Source of the DNA: Eledone cirrhosa
Lineage: Eukaryota
DNA length: 64,000 nucleotides
Assembly (NCBI GenBank): GCA_964016885.1
Contig: OZ024743.1
Location: 11,470,001-11,534,000 of the forward strand
Direction of reading: 5' to 3'
The notes under the pieces: generated by a model
Told to the model about the DNA's origin: nothing
What the model saw: the letters and a program-made list of their open reading frames with translations, nothing else
Database searches by the model: none
Made by a program: the position numbers and the translations under genes
Shown: positions 12,293-25,964 of the stretch, one piece after another
Layout of the letters: each line of letters opens with the position of its first letter
Numbering within the stretch: position 1 is the first letter of the stretch

Positions 12293-14035
12293 ACCTCAGT
12301 TGGCTTCCAGATGCAATGAAACAAATACCTCCAATAGATATGAACTCATAACCCATAAGCTGGTAGTCTAAAGCAGCGATCTCCAACCAGTGGTCTGTGG
12401 ACCACTGGTGGTCCGAGAGAAATGTTGGTGGTCCGCAGAAAAATGTTAATGTATTTATCTTTTTTTTTTAAAATCATATTAGTAATCCGCGGGATTTAAA
12501 ATTATGAATTTAGTGGTCCGTGAGGTCTGAAAGTTTGGCGACCTCTGGTCTAAAGTATTGTTCACTCAGTTATTTGGGGATATGGAATGTATATAAAGAG
12601 CATTAAATCTTTTATTTTTATTTTATTTTATTTTATTTTATTTTATTTTATTTTATTTTATTTTATTTTATTTTATTTTGTCCCTTTATAAATCATATGA
12701 TAACTATGCCTTATAACTATGCCTTATCTCACTTCCCCGAACCACCGCTTCTTTAACTACGCTTGATAACTGGAGCAAACAACTTACACGGTGAACATTA
12801 AAGTAAATTCTGTAAAGAGTAACTTTCCATAAAGATCATCACTGAAATGTAATGATTAAAGTGTTAGCCATGTCATGATTATTCTTCATGTGATTGAATA
12901 CGACAAAATATGTTTAAATAATTTCTAATTTAGGAACAAAGCCAACAATTTGAGGTGAAGGGAAAGTCAATTACATCGAGCCCAGTACATGACTGGTACT
13001 TTATTTTATCAACCTTGAAAAATGAAAGGCAAAGTTGACCTTGGCAGGATTTTAACTCAGATCGTAAAGGCAGCGCCGGATTTAGGACAAATGAGGCTCT
13101 GTGCTAGTTAAGTTATGATGCCCCTTATTTGGACCCTGAAGGAGGTAAAAACATTTTTTGTCAAGAAGGTCTAGGATGAGCTGTTTTTTTAACCAGGGTA
13201 TAACAGATGTATTGTTCAAACAGGCTTGTGTTGTTGATGGTTTGTGTATTTATTTAAAATATTCTGTCCTAGTTGGGTTTATGAATCTGTAGGTTGCCTG
13301 ATTAGGTTTGTGATCATCCAAGGTTAGAAAAGCAGCACACTTAAGTTTCTATAATTTATAGTTAGTTCATTGGTCACATCTTTAATGGAACTGCTTGTGT
13401 CAAATTTAACTTCCTGATATATATTTGTTATATTGTTCAGTATAAGTTGTTTATATTTATTTCTATCTACTTGATAGAGATTTTTCATTATGTCAGAAAA
13501 GACAAACACATTTTTATTTTTGACGATCTAAATTTCATGTTTTTTATGAAGTTTTATTTTTTTTTAAGGGATTATGATACTTATGGAATTTAATGTTGGC
13601 AACTAAATCTAAGAGGTCTGCTTCGAAACCAGTTAAATTCTTAACTCTGAGTGAATACTTAGTTGACTTGAGTTTGAATTCTTTCAGTGGTGGTAGTGGC
13701 CATATCTCCGTCAAAAAGCAGAGCCCTTTATCTCAATCTTCCTACTACATCCTCCACTTTCTTGAGAAACATTTTGGAGGAGGAGAAGTTTGTTGGAGTT
13801 GGTATAATCTTGGTCTTTGCTACAAAAAATGCGCTGGGAGCAATATGTATATGTAGAATATCCGCCGCAGATAAAAGGTCAAGGAACCGCTACTTCACAA
13901 TACAAAGGTGGTCATAACTGGACTCCGAAAACCAAGGTCGTGCATGATAAGTTTATGATCTTTAATATAAACTAAATAAACTCTCTTTTACTAGATTGAG
14001 TACTGTTTTTCCTTGACCTTATATCTACAGATATC

Positions 14036-14088
<53 letters not shown>

Positions 14089-14876
14089 TATGTGTGTGTG
14101 GGTGGGGTGGAGGCTGTATTTATATAATCTTAAATCCGTTTTTCATGCTGGCATGTGTTGGCCAGGTTGTCACACTACCAGTGTTGGATAGCCATATCTT
14201 GCTCATATATTTCATGTGTTATAGATTCTATAGCTTGATGCTCTTCTTAGCAGCAACAACTTTACAGAGTGGATTTGGTGCATTTTAATGTGGCACCAAC
14301 ACTACCTCATTATAACACAAGTCCGCTCATTTTGTCTCCTTGACCAGGCTGAGGGGTGGACAGTGATGGATGTGGGTTGTAAGATGAGAGGAGGGAGAGC
14401 TACGTTGAAAAACACCCAGTCCACCAGAGTCGTGATAAAATGACCTCAGTACACGCTGTAAAGTGGTTGGCATTAGGAAGGACATCCAGCTGTAGCAAAC
14501 AAGCTAAACACAGAACGCATGAGCAAGATGTAGTCACCTGACCCGTCTACTCTCTCAGAACGTGACATCCCGTCTAACCGATTCAATGATGGAAAATGGA
14601 CATCAAACGGGCGGGTGGTGGTGGGGTGGGGGAGGATACATACACGCCCACACACACATATATATAAAAGTTTATAAAAAATATATCAGCAGGGGGTATT
14701 TAGTCATATAGACAGGGAGTATTTCTACATAAACACTACAATATATAAACAGCATAATGATATATATTACATATGTAGTTTATGATAAATGTTTCCAGAA
14801 AATCTGGCAGCACACACATTCAAGTGACTTGACTACAGATCATCCTTCAGTCACCCCCATCGCTCTCTGTGGAGTA

Positions 14877-15721
14877 TTGACCACTCTCCACCATTGTACC
14901 CGACCTGGGGCTGCTCTCGCCACTCCACTCCGAGTATAGACCATTGACCACTCTCCACCATTGTACCCGACATGGGGCTGCTCTCGCCACTCCACTCCGA
15001 GTATAGACCATTGACCACTCTCCACCATTGTACCCGACATGGGGCTGCTCTATCCACTCCACTCCGAGTATAGACCATTGACCACTCTCCACCATTGTAC
15101 CCGACATGGGGCTGCTCTCTCCACTCCACTCCGAGTATAGACCATTGACCACTCTCCACCATTGTACCCGACATGGGGCTGCTCTCTCCACTCCACTCCG
15201 AGTATAGATCATTGACCACTCTCCACCATTGTACCCGACATGGGGCTGCTCTCGCCACTCCACTCCGAGTCATTGACCACTCTCCACCATTGTACCCAAC
15301 ATGGGGCTGCTCTCTCCACTCCACTCCGAGTATAGACCATTGACCACTCTCCACCATTGTACCCGACATGGGGCTGCTCTCTCCACTCCACTCCGAGTAT
15401 AGACCATTGACCACTCTCCACCATTGTACCCGACATGGGGCTGCTCTCTCCACTCCACTCCGAGTATAGACCATTGACCACTCTCCACCATTGTACCCGA
15501 CCTGGGGCTGCTCTCGCCACTCCACTCCGAGTATAGACCATTGACCACTCTCCATCATTGTACCCGACATGGGGCTGCTCTCTCCACTCCACTCCGAGTA
15601 TAGACCATTGACCACTCTCATACCATCGTACCCGACCTGGGGCTGCTCTCTCCACTCCACTCCGAGTATAGACCATTGACCACTCTCATACCATCGTACC
15701 CGACCTGGGGCTGCTCTCGCT
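14877..15721. repeat. 67-bp minisatellite, ~12.7 copies, with variant units
   Basis: Same unit, some with small deletions. Confidence 0.97.
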
Positions 15722-16503
15722 ACCTCAGTTGGCTTCCAGATGCAATGAAACAAATACCTCCAATAGATATGAACTCATAACCCATAAGCTGGTAGTCTAA
15801 AGCAGCGATCGCCAACCAGTGGTCTGTGGACCACTGGTGGTCCGAGAGAAACGTTGGTGGTCCGCAGAAAAATGTTAATGTATTTATCTTTTTTTTTTAA
15901 AATCATATTAGTAATCCGCGGGATTTAAAATTATGAATTTAGTGGTCCGTGAGGTCTGAAAGATTGGCGACCTCTGGTCTAAAGTATTGTTCACTCAGTT
16001 ATTTGGGGATATGGAATGTATATAAAGAGCATTAAATCTTTTATTTTTATTTTATTTTATTTTATTTTATTTTATTTTATTTTATTTTATTTTATTTTAT
16101 TTTATCCCTTTATAAATCATATGATAAATCACATAACTATGCCTTATAACTATGCCTTATCTCACTTCCCCGAACCACTGCTTCTTTAACTACGCTTGAT
16201 AAATGGAGCAAACAACTTACACGGTGAACATTAAAGTAAATTCTGTAAAGAGCAACTTTCCATAAAGATCATCACTGAAATGTAATGATTAAAGTGTTAG
16301 CCATGTCATGATTATTCTTCATGTGATTGAATACGACAAAATATGTTTAAATAATTTCTAATTTAGGAACAAAGCCAACAATTTGAGGTGAAGGGAAAGT
16401 CAATTACATCGAGCCCAGTACATGACTGGTACTTTATTTTATCAACCTTGAAAAATGAAAGGCAAAGTTGACCTTGGCAGGATTTTAACTCAGATCGTAA
16501 AGG

Positions 16504-16899
16504 CAGCGCCGGATTTAGGACAAATGAGGCTCTGTGCTAGTTAAGTTATGATGCCCCTTATTTGGACCCTGAAGGAGGTAAAAACATTTTTTGTCAAGAA
16601 GGTCTAGGATGAGCTGTTTTTTGAACCAGGGTATAACAGATGTATTGTTCAAACAGGCTTGTGTTGTTGATGGTTTGTGTATTTATTTAAAATATTCTGT
16701 CCTAGTTGGGTTTATGAATCTGTAGGTTGCCTGATTAGGTTTGTGATCATCCAAGGTTAGAAAAGCAGCACACTTAACTTTCTATAATTTATAGTTAGTT
16801 CATTGGTCACATCTTTAATGGAACTTTAACCCCCCCCCCCCCCCCCCAACAGGGTCCTCTGCTAAAGCTCACCTAAGCACAATTGTAAATCCGGCACTG
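16504..16899. mobile_element. hAT-type MITE inserted in a family-1 SINE; left end also at 9996 and 13071
   Basis: TIRs cagcgccggattta / taaatccggcactg; 8-bp TSD cgtaaagg / cgtaaacg; SINE sequence resumes after 16907. Confidence 0.85.
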
Positions 16900-17316
16900 C
16901 GTAAACGGCTGTAACTAAATTCTGCAAAGCAATTTGCCCAACGCTCTAACAATTCTACCAATCCAGGACCTTCTAATATTTACTGCATTATAGTGACCTT
17001 TTTCTTCTGATTTCTGAAGCATCATGTTGATCATGGATTTTAACACAATGATATAGAGAAATACACTTAGCTTGTTAAAAATTATAAATATATATATCTC
17101 CACATAAAAGTTTTTGAATAAAAATAATATTAAATGCTCCTAAATTCAGCAACACCAGCAATAAACAAATATACAACTCTTGTATATATGATTGATTTAG
17201 TCATATATACAGGAGTTCTTTGTTTATTGCCAGTTAATACATTTTAAAGTAAAATCTCACACACATATATATATATATATGAGTGTCTGTGACCTATATA
17301 CACTGGTCACACACAC

Positions 17317-17383
<67 letters not shown>

Positions 17384-17384
<1 letters not shown>

Positions 17385-17454
17385 GACGGCAGAGCTCAAG
17401 CCGATTCGACGGCTATTTCCGTCGAATCGGCTTGAGCTCTGCCGTCGGGGTTAA
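17384..17454. repeat. Perfect GC-rich palindrome (29-bp arms, 6-nt loop) followed by gggTTAA; probable minimal piggyBac-like MITE
   Basis: cgacggcagagctcaagccgattcgacgg-ctattt-ccgtcgaatcggcttgagctctgccgtcg between (TA)n tracts. Confidence 0.8.
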
Positions 17455-17461
17455 ACACTTT

Positions 17462-17521
<60 letters not shown>

Positions 17522-17579
17522 GAAGGATCCGAACAACCTAATCAGTTCATTCAGTTTGGATGTTTATATCGGGCATGGC

Positions 17580-18225
17580 ATTTTAGACTTGCTAAGGATC
17601 TGCAAGCAAGTCCACACATCGTGTATGGTGTTTACTGGATAGTATTGCTAGTATGTTTGATAATGCTTTTCTCCTCCTTCTTGCTTCTTGTAACCTATGG
17701 ATACAACAGGTCTCGAAGTTACTGATCCCTTTATGACACATACGATCTCCAGTTCTTCCACTGCAAGGCCACTTGCTCAAATGTCTCATAGGGTACATGG
17801 CAGTCCAACATTTCTATATCCACCATCTATCTAGCTGTACATGAGGACTTTTGGTATTGTTTTGTCACTCATTCTGATGACATAACCAACCCAGCACAGG
17901 TGTGGTTTCACAAAAAAGGCTTCAATGTCTCCAATCTTGCACTTAATGACGAGCTCAGCGTTAGATATTTTGTCTTCGAGTGTATACCCACAGATTGCAC
18001 GAAGATAATCTTTATGAAAGACGTCTAGTTGGTTGATGTGTTACCTATATGGAGTCCAATATTCTGATCTGTATAAGAGTGTGGTCATAACAATAACTTT
18101 ATAAATCTGTATCTTGATGTCCAGTTTTATGCCACTCTCATTCCAAAGGCGATAACAGAGGTTGCCAAATGTTCTTGTGGCTTTCTCTATACGATTAATT
18201 ATATCGTCATGAAGACAACACCAAT
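17580..18225 (-). mobile_element. RTE (BovB-like) LINE 3' fragment
   Basis: Translates LWNESGIKLDIKIQIYKVIVMTTLLYRSEYWTPY..LDVFHKDYLRAICG..DKISNAEL and ETFEQVALQWKNWRS..KGISNFE..RRRRK. Confidence 0.8.
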
Positions 18226-19804
18226 TTTAATCGAAACTTGATTGAGATCGTTCACTCTTTTCGTTCCGCAGTGAAGTATGTAAAAATATATACATGTTTA
18301 CACAATCTCTGTGACTGCAACAGGTACGTTATACTCGTATTGGAGATTTCATTAAAGTCACTCAAGAGGTCAGCAGTAGTAATAAACTGAACAGCGGAAT
18401 AAATCTACCACAATATGACGTTAAAAAGAAAAGACACCAACTTATAAATATGTAAAATAAACAAAACTACTAAGATGGTAAGTAAAACAATGTTCAAAGT
18501 TTACGCTTTAAACATTTTTTATTTTACATTATGTACGAGTCAGGTATATAATAACTCTTTGTACCTATTACCCAGGACTGTTTTCATCTTAAAAACCTGA
18601 ACTTTGAATCCTTTGAGGCTGGTTGTCAAATCACCACCTCACTGCTGTCATTTTTTTCAAACTTCAAGAGCAATTCTGTATGCTAATATATTCAACAAAT
18701 ATATTGTATGTGCTGTGTTAAAGGTCACTTACTGACTTGGAGGCCCGTAGGTGGGTTTAACTGCTATTTACTTACCCCCACCACACATTTTCCTTTCCCA
18801 CAACATTCTTAATAATACATATTTCTAATGAAATTCCACAGAAATATATTCTTGAAGGTGTAGATTGCGAAAGTATTGATGCAATTAAAAGAAAATAAAT
18901 GAAATGTTTTTAGTATCTTATTGCATACTTCTGTTCGTTAATGCTTTCTTTAACTGAATACTTTCAACTTGTGTCTGTAGTAAATGTAGCGCTTTTATCA
19001 TTTCCATAGACCTAAGACAATAAAACTTTTATATTTACCTGTCGAATCCAAGTTGAATTCGGAGAATTCCTAGTTGAATTCAGAGATTTTCAGAGATTTT
19101 CTTTAAAATGGACTTTTTTCATGGGCGAGAGTGAAAGTTTCATTAATTTATTTGCTTGCGAGACTTTTTGATAATCGATCATTTTAAGTATCATGACATT
19201 GAAAGAAGAAATTCGGCAATCTCCGTAAATAATCGACAGTGAAACTCGGCTAGAAAATGAAATAAATCGTGTTTTTTAATTATTTATTCTTTGAAACTAA
19301 GTCAGATAATAATGTTTAATGTATTAATAACAGGTAGAAACCAAGCCTGTCAACCTGAAAGACTTATCAAGATGAATAAGGCCGCTCAAGCTGTAGAATA
19401 ACTCTTTCAGCAACCAATGTACTTTATGAGTCATTTGAGCAAATGGCCTTGCAGTGGAAGAACTGGAGATCTTCCTGCATTTGTTTTCTCATCACACATT
19501 TTACCTAAAATTCCAGTATTTTATGAAACCTTCCACATTTGCGATATTTTAATATATTGCCCCACAATGTTTTATTCGGAACATCTTTCGGCGGTAAAAC
19601 AGGTTTGCGATTGTTGGTTTAAACAAAACTCTTTTTTATAACCAACCCGAAAATCATTAAAAAATATAACGAGGATTAATATAATAGGTAATTTCCGGCA
19701 CTATCATATAGGAACGCCCTCCTTTGATATAATGTTAAAATCATTTAATGTGAAATATATACATACACACACACACACCCTCTCTCTCACACACACACAC
19801 ACAC

Positions 19805-19902
<98 letters not shown>

Positions 19903-20040
19903 ACAATTCTGTAAATCAAATTGTGGACAAAATGAAACGTTACAAACGGAAAAAACAATGTCCGATCTTCACCCATCAAGGATATCACAGATGTCAAATG
20001 AGATGTCAGTTTTCGGTATTTTAATTGCATAAATAATAAT

Positions 20041-20250
20041 TATTTCTACTTTAGGCACAAGGCCAGCAATTTGAAGGGGGGAGGGGTCGATTAAATTGAC
20101 CCCAGTGCATTACTGGTTCTTTATTTTATCAACCCCGTAAGGATGAAAGACAACACTAACCTCGGTGGGATTTAAAATCAGAATGTAAAGGGCCGTAATT
20201 CTATGCCGCGAAGCATTTGGCCCGACGCTCTATCGATTCTGCCAGTTCAC
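20041..20250 (-). mobile_element. SINE family 1 (duplicated at ~38591-38800)
   Basis: SINE core motifs. Confidence 0.8.
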
Positions 20251-20312
20251 TGAATGGTTACGGCTCGTACGACTTTGTGTTATTTTCTATAATAGCGATT
20301 ATTGAAATAATA

Positions 20313-20621
20313 CACAGAGTATATACACAAACTAAGGTGTGTGACAGAGTATATACACAAAGGTGTGTAACAGAGTATATACACAAACTAAGGTGTGATA
20401 GTATATACACAAACTAAGGTGTGTAACAGTGTATATACACAAACTAAAGTGTGTAACAGAGTATATACACATACTAAGGTGTGTGACAGAGTATATACAC
20501 AAACTAAGGTGTGTAACAGTGTATATACACAAACTAAGGTGTCTAACAGAGTATATACACAAACTAAGGTGTGTGACAGAGTATATACACAAACTAAGGT
20601 GTGTAACAGTATATACACAAA
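20313..20621. repeat. 30-bp minisatellite (~10 copies); duplicate at 38863-39171
   Basis: Unit acagagtatatacacaaactaaggtgtgt(a/g). Confidence 0.95.
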
Positions 20622-21000
20622 CATTTATTTTATTGTTTGAATTATTACACCATTATCAGAATTTATACTATTAATTTAATATTTCTTCATATACAATGAT
20701 TTAACCATGACTAAATACTGGTAGTAAATAAATCCCTATGAAATGTTTCACCCTGGGCTTCGTTGATTGTCATTGATTAAGCGAATCTAAATGGAAACAG
20801 AGTTCTTTGTAAAGTTTCAGCCAAGCAGACGACAGCTATTGCATTAAAGTGTGTGAGTTAACTGACGATTAAAAAAATTTTTTGTTTAATGAAAACAAAA
20901 CGACTAGTCTTTATCTTCACTCCTTACCACCACCACCACCACCGCCACCATCACCACTGCCATCACCCCACCTTTACCCCCCCCACTTCTAATGACTGTA

Positions 21001-21032
<32 letters not shown>

Positions 21033-21209
21033 GTCTTCTGCTTCTATTAACATTTTTCTCTGTCTCACTTCCCCTCCCATTAAAACACTTCTCTCTCTTT
21101 TACCCTTCCTCCATCCACGTAACATATGTACAAACAATATTATAAATAATATTGGTTTTCCCCCGCATATATTTCTGTTGAACACTTGTTTCACAATAAT
21201 AAAAATACC

Positions 21210-21860
21210 CAATTTATTTATTCAAAAGCAAAAAACAAACCTTATTTAGTAAGAAAAAATATAAAAGAGAGGAAACAAAAGGAAAGAAAGAATAGGGGAA
21301 AAAAAGAGAGAAAGAAAGAAGAGAAAGAACGGGAAAGGGAAGGGATTGCAAGAGCTCTGGTGTCACAGAAGAGAGCGGGTGGGGTGAAAGGGGAGGGTGA
21401 TTGGGCTTTGGCATAGGGCAAGGGGCTAGGAGTGCTGCACTCCGCGGGCAAGACGGTAAAAGCATTCCTCTGGACAATGGCCAGTGACACCCGCTGCAAC
21501 AGCCACCCAGCCTCAAGGGACTCCCACCTCAGACGGGCCGCCGACGCTCCGATCTTGCGGAGGAGCTCGGCAGTACGGGGTCCAATTACACCCGAGGTCT
21601 CGACGGCGGCCGAACAAACCCCGGTATTTGTTTAATTTACGTTCTAATGCGAGGCGGGCCGCGATGCTCGGGTTTGTGGTCAAAGCGATTAAGCTGGAGG
21701 CGGAGAACATGTCGCAGCAGGTGGCGTCCCGGATGAGGGATCTACCTCCTTCGAATGGGAAGAGGGTGATTCCGTTGGGGCGCTTGCTATCTCGGTGGTC
21801 TAGGCCTGCTGGCTCCAGTTGAGATGGAAAGCCAGCTTCTGCCCTTAATAAAAGGTGCTA
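21210..21860 (-). mobile_element. CRE-clade (RLE) non-LTR retrotransposon 3' fragment
   Basis: Translates DSKRPNGITLFPFEGGRSLIRDATCCDMFSAS and WLLQRVSLAIVQRNA, the RLE motif and C-terminal QRxSxAxxxxNA motif of CRE elements. Confidence 0.8.
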
Positions 21861-23656
21861 AGCTTTTTTTCACCCTTCGTAAGCAGTGGGATATCACTAC
21901 GGCACCCCAACGATTCCATCAGGTGTTACGGGTTCATACAAGCTGTGAAATAACGCAGATAACCATCATCTCAATAGTTGTCGTGTTTTTATTAGTAAGA
22001 AATAAATAAATATAGTAATGAATTCAAATAATTTAAAACTTAAGACATGAAGTGGTGAGTATTTGGCAGTTAAAAATCCTGGGAGGACTGGGTTAATGCT
22101 CTGGTCTGTGGTCAACATTGGACTATTCTGTCTGGATGAGCTCCGTATTTCTATTGCACTCAGAATAGGAACCTAAAATGTCGCTGTGGTAGGCCCTTTC
22201 TACCAAAACATCTATTTATGCTTCAATTTATGTAAATGTTATGTTTATCGAAGTTTTTATATCTTGGTTGATATTTGATAATAACAGCTAAACTAATCAC
22301 TACAACTAAATTGACCAAATTTGGTCCCCCTCCCCCCACCAATTCAGAAATACTTCCACTGCCCCTGCACTTCGCTGGCAATACTGAGCTAAACTTAATT
22401 ACTAAGCGGGACCTGGCCCGGGTAACTATCCTTTTAATTCTGGAACAGGCTACTTGACAGGAAGAGACCAGATGGTCATATCTTTTGTCCCTGGGTAATA
22501 AGTAGATATTTTGTTTTGGACACCACAGTTAGTGACTCTTTTGCTCCTTACCATATCCTGGATGATGTAGTAAAAGTGAGGGTTACGGCTTTCGTAACCG
22601 AATAGAATAACATCTTAAAATACCGGAAATTATCGATAAACTATCTCTTCCAGCCTGTGGCGTTCGAGACGTTTGCAGGAGCTGTTGACAACATCGTTGG
22701 CGGCTCGCCTTACCGAAGTATGAGGTGATGCTCGAGGGAGTGTTGGTTCTTTTTAGCGCCTTGCCCACGGTAATGCTACGAATGTGTTGGCTTATTTCAA
22801 AAGTTATTAGAGGGAGCCTCCGGTACCCCTTGTAGTGTGTGACCGTATTGGCACAGTGTCGAATTAATATTTTCTTTCGTTTTGATTTTGTATTTTAAGT
22901 AAAATATTTATGTAAATAAGTATTGTATATAGTATTTGTGTGTTTATTATCATAAGAAATTAAAAATAAACTCATGTTATTTATACAACAACGAATAAAC
23001 AATTCGCAAGAATTTAAAACGAAGTTGGCATTGGGCGGATTTGAACTCAGAATGTAGAGAGAAGTAAATAATACTTCACGATGTCGACCTTATTTCTACA
23101 CCTACGCATTGAACAGCAACAAACACTAAAATAAATATATAAATATAAAATAGATATTTTTTTTATATATTTTTTTATTTTACACTTCAAAGTATTTCGT
23201 AACCCGACCCCCACCACCACCCCGAGTCCGACCAGATCGGTAGTCATTGAGAAAACTCATACTGATGTAACACAAATAGATACGATCATTCCAACAAATT
23301 ATTCAGCCCTCCTCCTTTTCGGAAACATTAGTCATTGCAAGTGTTACGTGTCCAAAAACGAAATGACATTGTATCTTTACTTTAGTATGCTTCATTTCCT
23401 TTGTTATGGTGGTGAAATATACAAGTATGCAATATATGTATTTTATATTGTGTAGACTCTTGTTTTATACACATGTTATACTTTAGTACACTCCATCGTA
23501 TTATACATACTTATAGACGTCTCTATTTTCTCTGTTCTCAGATGGTTTGCTTTGATCACTTGCTAAGTATCCACCATGTCTTCTCAGAAACCACTGAAAT
23601 CGGGAAGTCCAATTTTTTTTATCAATAAAATATATTTTTTCATTTGAAGATACACG

Positions 23657-23716
<60 letters not shown>

Positions 23717-23886
23717 TTTTATATATATGAGTTTTGTTGTAGTACAATAAAGCAATGCAGATATCGGATAAGAAGCACTCTACAGTTTGTGGGACTGGAG
23801 TATACATAATATTTAAGACAATGATATGTTGATTTAAAACTGAACTATCCACAAATGTTTTTTAGCCTTCATATCATGTCCTCCTG

Positions 23887-23953
23887 TTTTATCTGATGAA
23901 AACACAAATATTATTGCATGATGATATTTGTTTTTGAAATGCGCATAATAAAA
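23887..23953 (+). ncRNA. Minimal type-I hammerhead ribozyme (PLE pLTR type)
   Basis: ttttat-CTGATGA-stem II-GAAA-tgcgc-ATA-ataaaa: stem I pairs, stem III palindromic (atgcgcat). Confidence 0.8.
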
Positions 23954-24162
23954 TACATGCAACTCCTTTAACCATCTTTTGTTCTTATATATTATATATA
24001 TATAACATTGTTGGCTAATAAAGACTTTTGATGTATTGAAGGCTTCTTTGTTTTACTTTCATAATTCTTCGGCTCTGTTTAATTACATTGAGCTATACCT
24101 TTTACTGTCATTTCTATAATACGAAGAGGGTGTTTAACTCCAACACGCTCTAGTATTTTAAT

Positions 24163-24231
<69 letters not shown>

Positions 24232-24361
24232 AAAGTTTTATTTAAAATTGTTGGGTTACAACAAGTAAATATTTTATAACTGATATAAAGTACTCGACAA
24301 GTTTTTGGAGTAGATATACGATATTAAACAAATGGAAACTATATTTATAAAACCATATTTA

Positions 24362-24422
24362 TTTCATTATACATATTTCGGGGATACCATATTAAAAATA
24401 TGGCATGCCTTCGTCAGATAAA
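24362..24422 (-). ncRNA. Hammerhead ribozyme, left arm of palindrome 24314-24613
   Basis: tttat-CTGACGA-aggcatgccatatt..aatatggtatcccc-GAAA-tatgt-ATA-atgaaa; the mirror copy 24502-24567 (+) has GAAA>AAAA. Confidence 0.7.
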
Positions 24423-24607
24423 CTACCAAACCAACTTCCTACATAATGGTCGCTCATATTTATGGTACGTCAAAATTATTTATAAAACTGTTTATATATT
24501 GTATTTTATCTGACGAAGGCATGCCATATTTTTAATATGGTATCCCCAAAATATGTATAATGAAATAAATATGGTTTTATAAATATAGTTTCCATTTGTT
24601 TAATATC

Positions 24608-24649
<42 letters not shown>

Positions 24650-24657
<8 letters not shown>

Positions 24658-25490
24658 CACTAAGTTGGCTTAAAACATTGATTACATAAAAAAGAGATAA
24701 AAATAAAATTAAGTAATGAGAAAAGGAGGAAGGGATAAAGAAGGGCAGATTTGGCTGTATAGGAAAATAGAGGAAAGAACTATAAATGCCACAAATGAGA
24801 GGAAAATCAAGGATTCTTGGGCCACAGAAGAAAGGGAGGAGGAAGGGGAGAGGGCTCTGAGCCTAAGGCAGGGCAATGTTTGGGCTGCGATCCACGGACA
24901 AAACTACAAAGGCGTTTCCGTGGACAATGGCCGGCAACACTCACTGCAACAGCCACCCAACCTCGCGGGGCTCCTTCCTCAGACGAGCTGCTGACATTCC
25001 GATTTTGCGGTCGACCGTACGGTGTCCGATGACAGCTGAAGTCTCGACGGTGACCTGTGTGAAGAGGAAGCGGTCAGACAAGTCCCGGTATTTGTCTTCC
25101 TGTACTCTGCATTACGGGCCGCAGGCATCGGGGTTTGTGGCCGAAACGACTAAATTGGAAGCGGAGAACGTGTTACAATATGTGGCGTCCCAGAATGGGA
25201 AGAGGGTAATTCGGTCGGGGCGTTTGCCGTCTTCGATGGCCCCAGTTGTGATGGGAAGCCAGCTGCATCCAAGATATCTATAAGTCGTTGAAAGCGGCAT
25301 GTCGGGGGACCCGTCTTCGGGCGTTAATCGAGCCAAGACAGGATGGATAGTGACTACGGCGTCGTGGACTTCGACCTCGCCGTAGCTAACGTTTATCACC
25401 TCGGACTTGGATGGGTTGACCTCGAATCCAAGGAGCTTTAGAACTGGGATGATTAGCCGAAGGTCCTAACGGTAGATCTCGAAACCTGAC
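24650..25490 (-). mobile_element. CRE-clade retrotransposon fragment with internal deletion
   Basis: LGFEVNPSKSEVINV (RT end) joined to DGKRPDRITLFPFWDATYCNTFSAS; paralogous to 21.2 and 29.2 kb. Confidence 0.8.
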
Positions 25491-25603
25491 ATGTAAAACA
25501 GGTTTAATATAGTTTAGTGTTCGTAATGTTATTTTTTTAAATAAACATCGAAGTCAAAGGTGTAGTTTGGTGCAACACGCCTGGGAGTAGCTTAATGACT
25601 CTC

Positions 25604-25735
25604 ATCACAATTCTTACGTATATATAATTCTTATCACAATTCTTAGAATATTAATTACATCACAATTCTTAGAAGATTTTATATGTCACAATTCTTAGAA
25701 GATTATATATGTCACAATTTCTAGAATGTTGTATG
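25604..25735. repeat. ~26-bp degenerate tandem repeat (tcacaattcttagaa...), ~5 copies
   Basis: Recurring tcacaattctta motif. Confidence 0.8.
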
Positions 25736-25766
25736 CTTTAGGGGAAGGTCATGTTGTCCTAATATT

Positions 25767-25952
25767 GTTTCTACTTTAGGCACAAGGCCAGCAATTACCC
25801 AGTGCATTACTGGTACTTTATTTTATCGACCCCGTAAGGATGAAAGGCAAAGTCAACCTCGGCGGGATTTGAACTCAGATCGTAAAGGGACGTAACTATG
25901 CTGGAAAGCATGGCGTCCGACCCTCCACCGATACTGCCAATCCACCGCCCTT
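25767..25952 (-). mobile_element. SINE family 1, near full length
   Basis: Head aagggcggtggattggcag to tail gtagaaac; flanked by ttgtcct(a)atattg direct repeat. Confidence 0.85.
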
Positions 25953-25964
25953 GTTGTCCTTATA

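Larger units (their letters stand above)
6569..16825. repeat. Tandem triplication, units 6569-10099, 10100-13174, 13175-16607, plus a 218-bp fourth start (16608-16825)
   Basis: gatgagctgtt... recurs at 6569, 10100, 13175 and 16608; units are near-identical apart from micro/minisatellite copy number. Confidence 0.97.
19434..21178 (+). repeat. Dispersed duplication, copy 1 (copy 2 at 38012-40053)
   Basis: Near-identical sequence including a SINE, a (CT)n/(CA)n tract and a 30-bp array. Confidence 0.95.

Noticed and set aside
8307-15721. 67-bp arrays as CRISPR arrays or as repeat proteins (ORFs up to 332 aa)
   Set aside because: No unique spacers and no cas genes; 67 is not a multiple of 3, so the ORFs simply cycle through frames.
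20313-20621. 30-bp array as CRISPR or zinc-finger-like ORF
   Set aside because: Head-to-tail repeat with no spacers; Cys/His spacing does not fit C2H2.
22600-22775. Promoter (CCGGAA, TATCGATA, CpG-rich) with possible donor
   Set aside because: Short motifs only, with no downstream exons identifiable.
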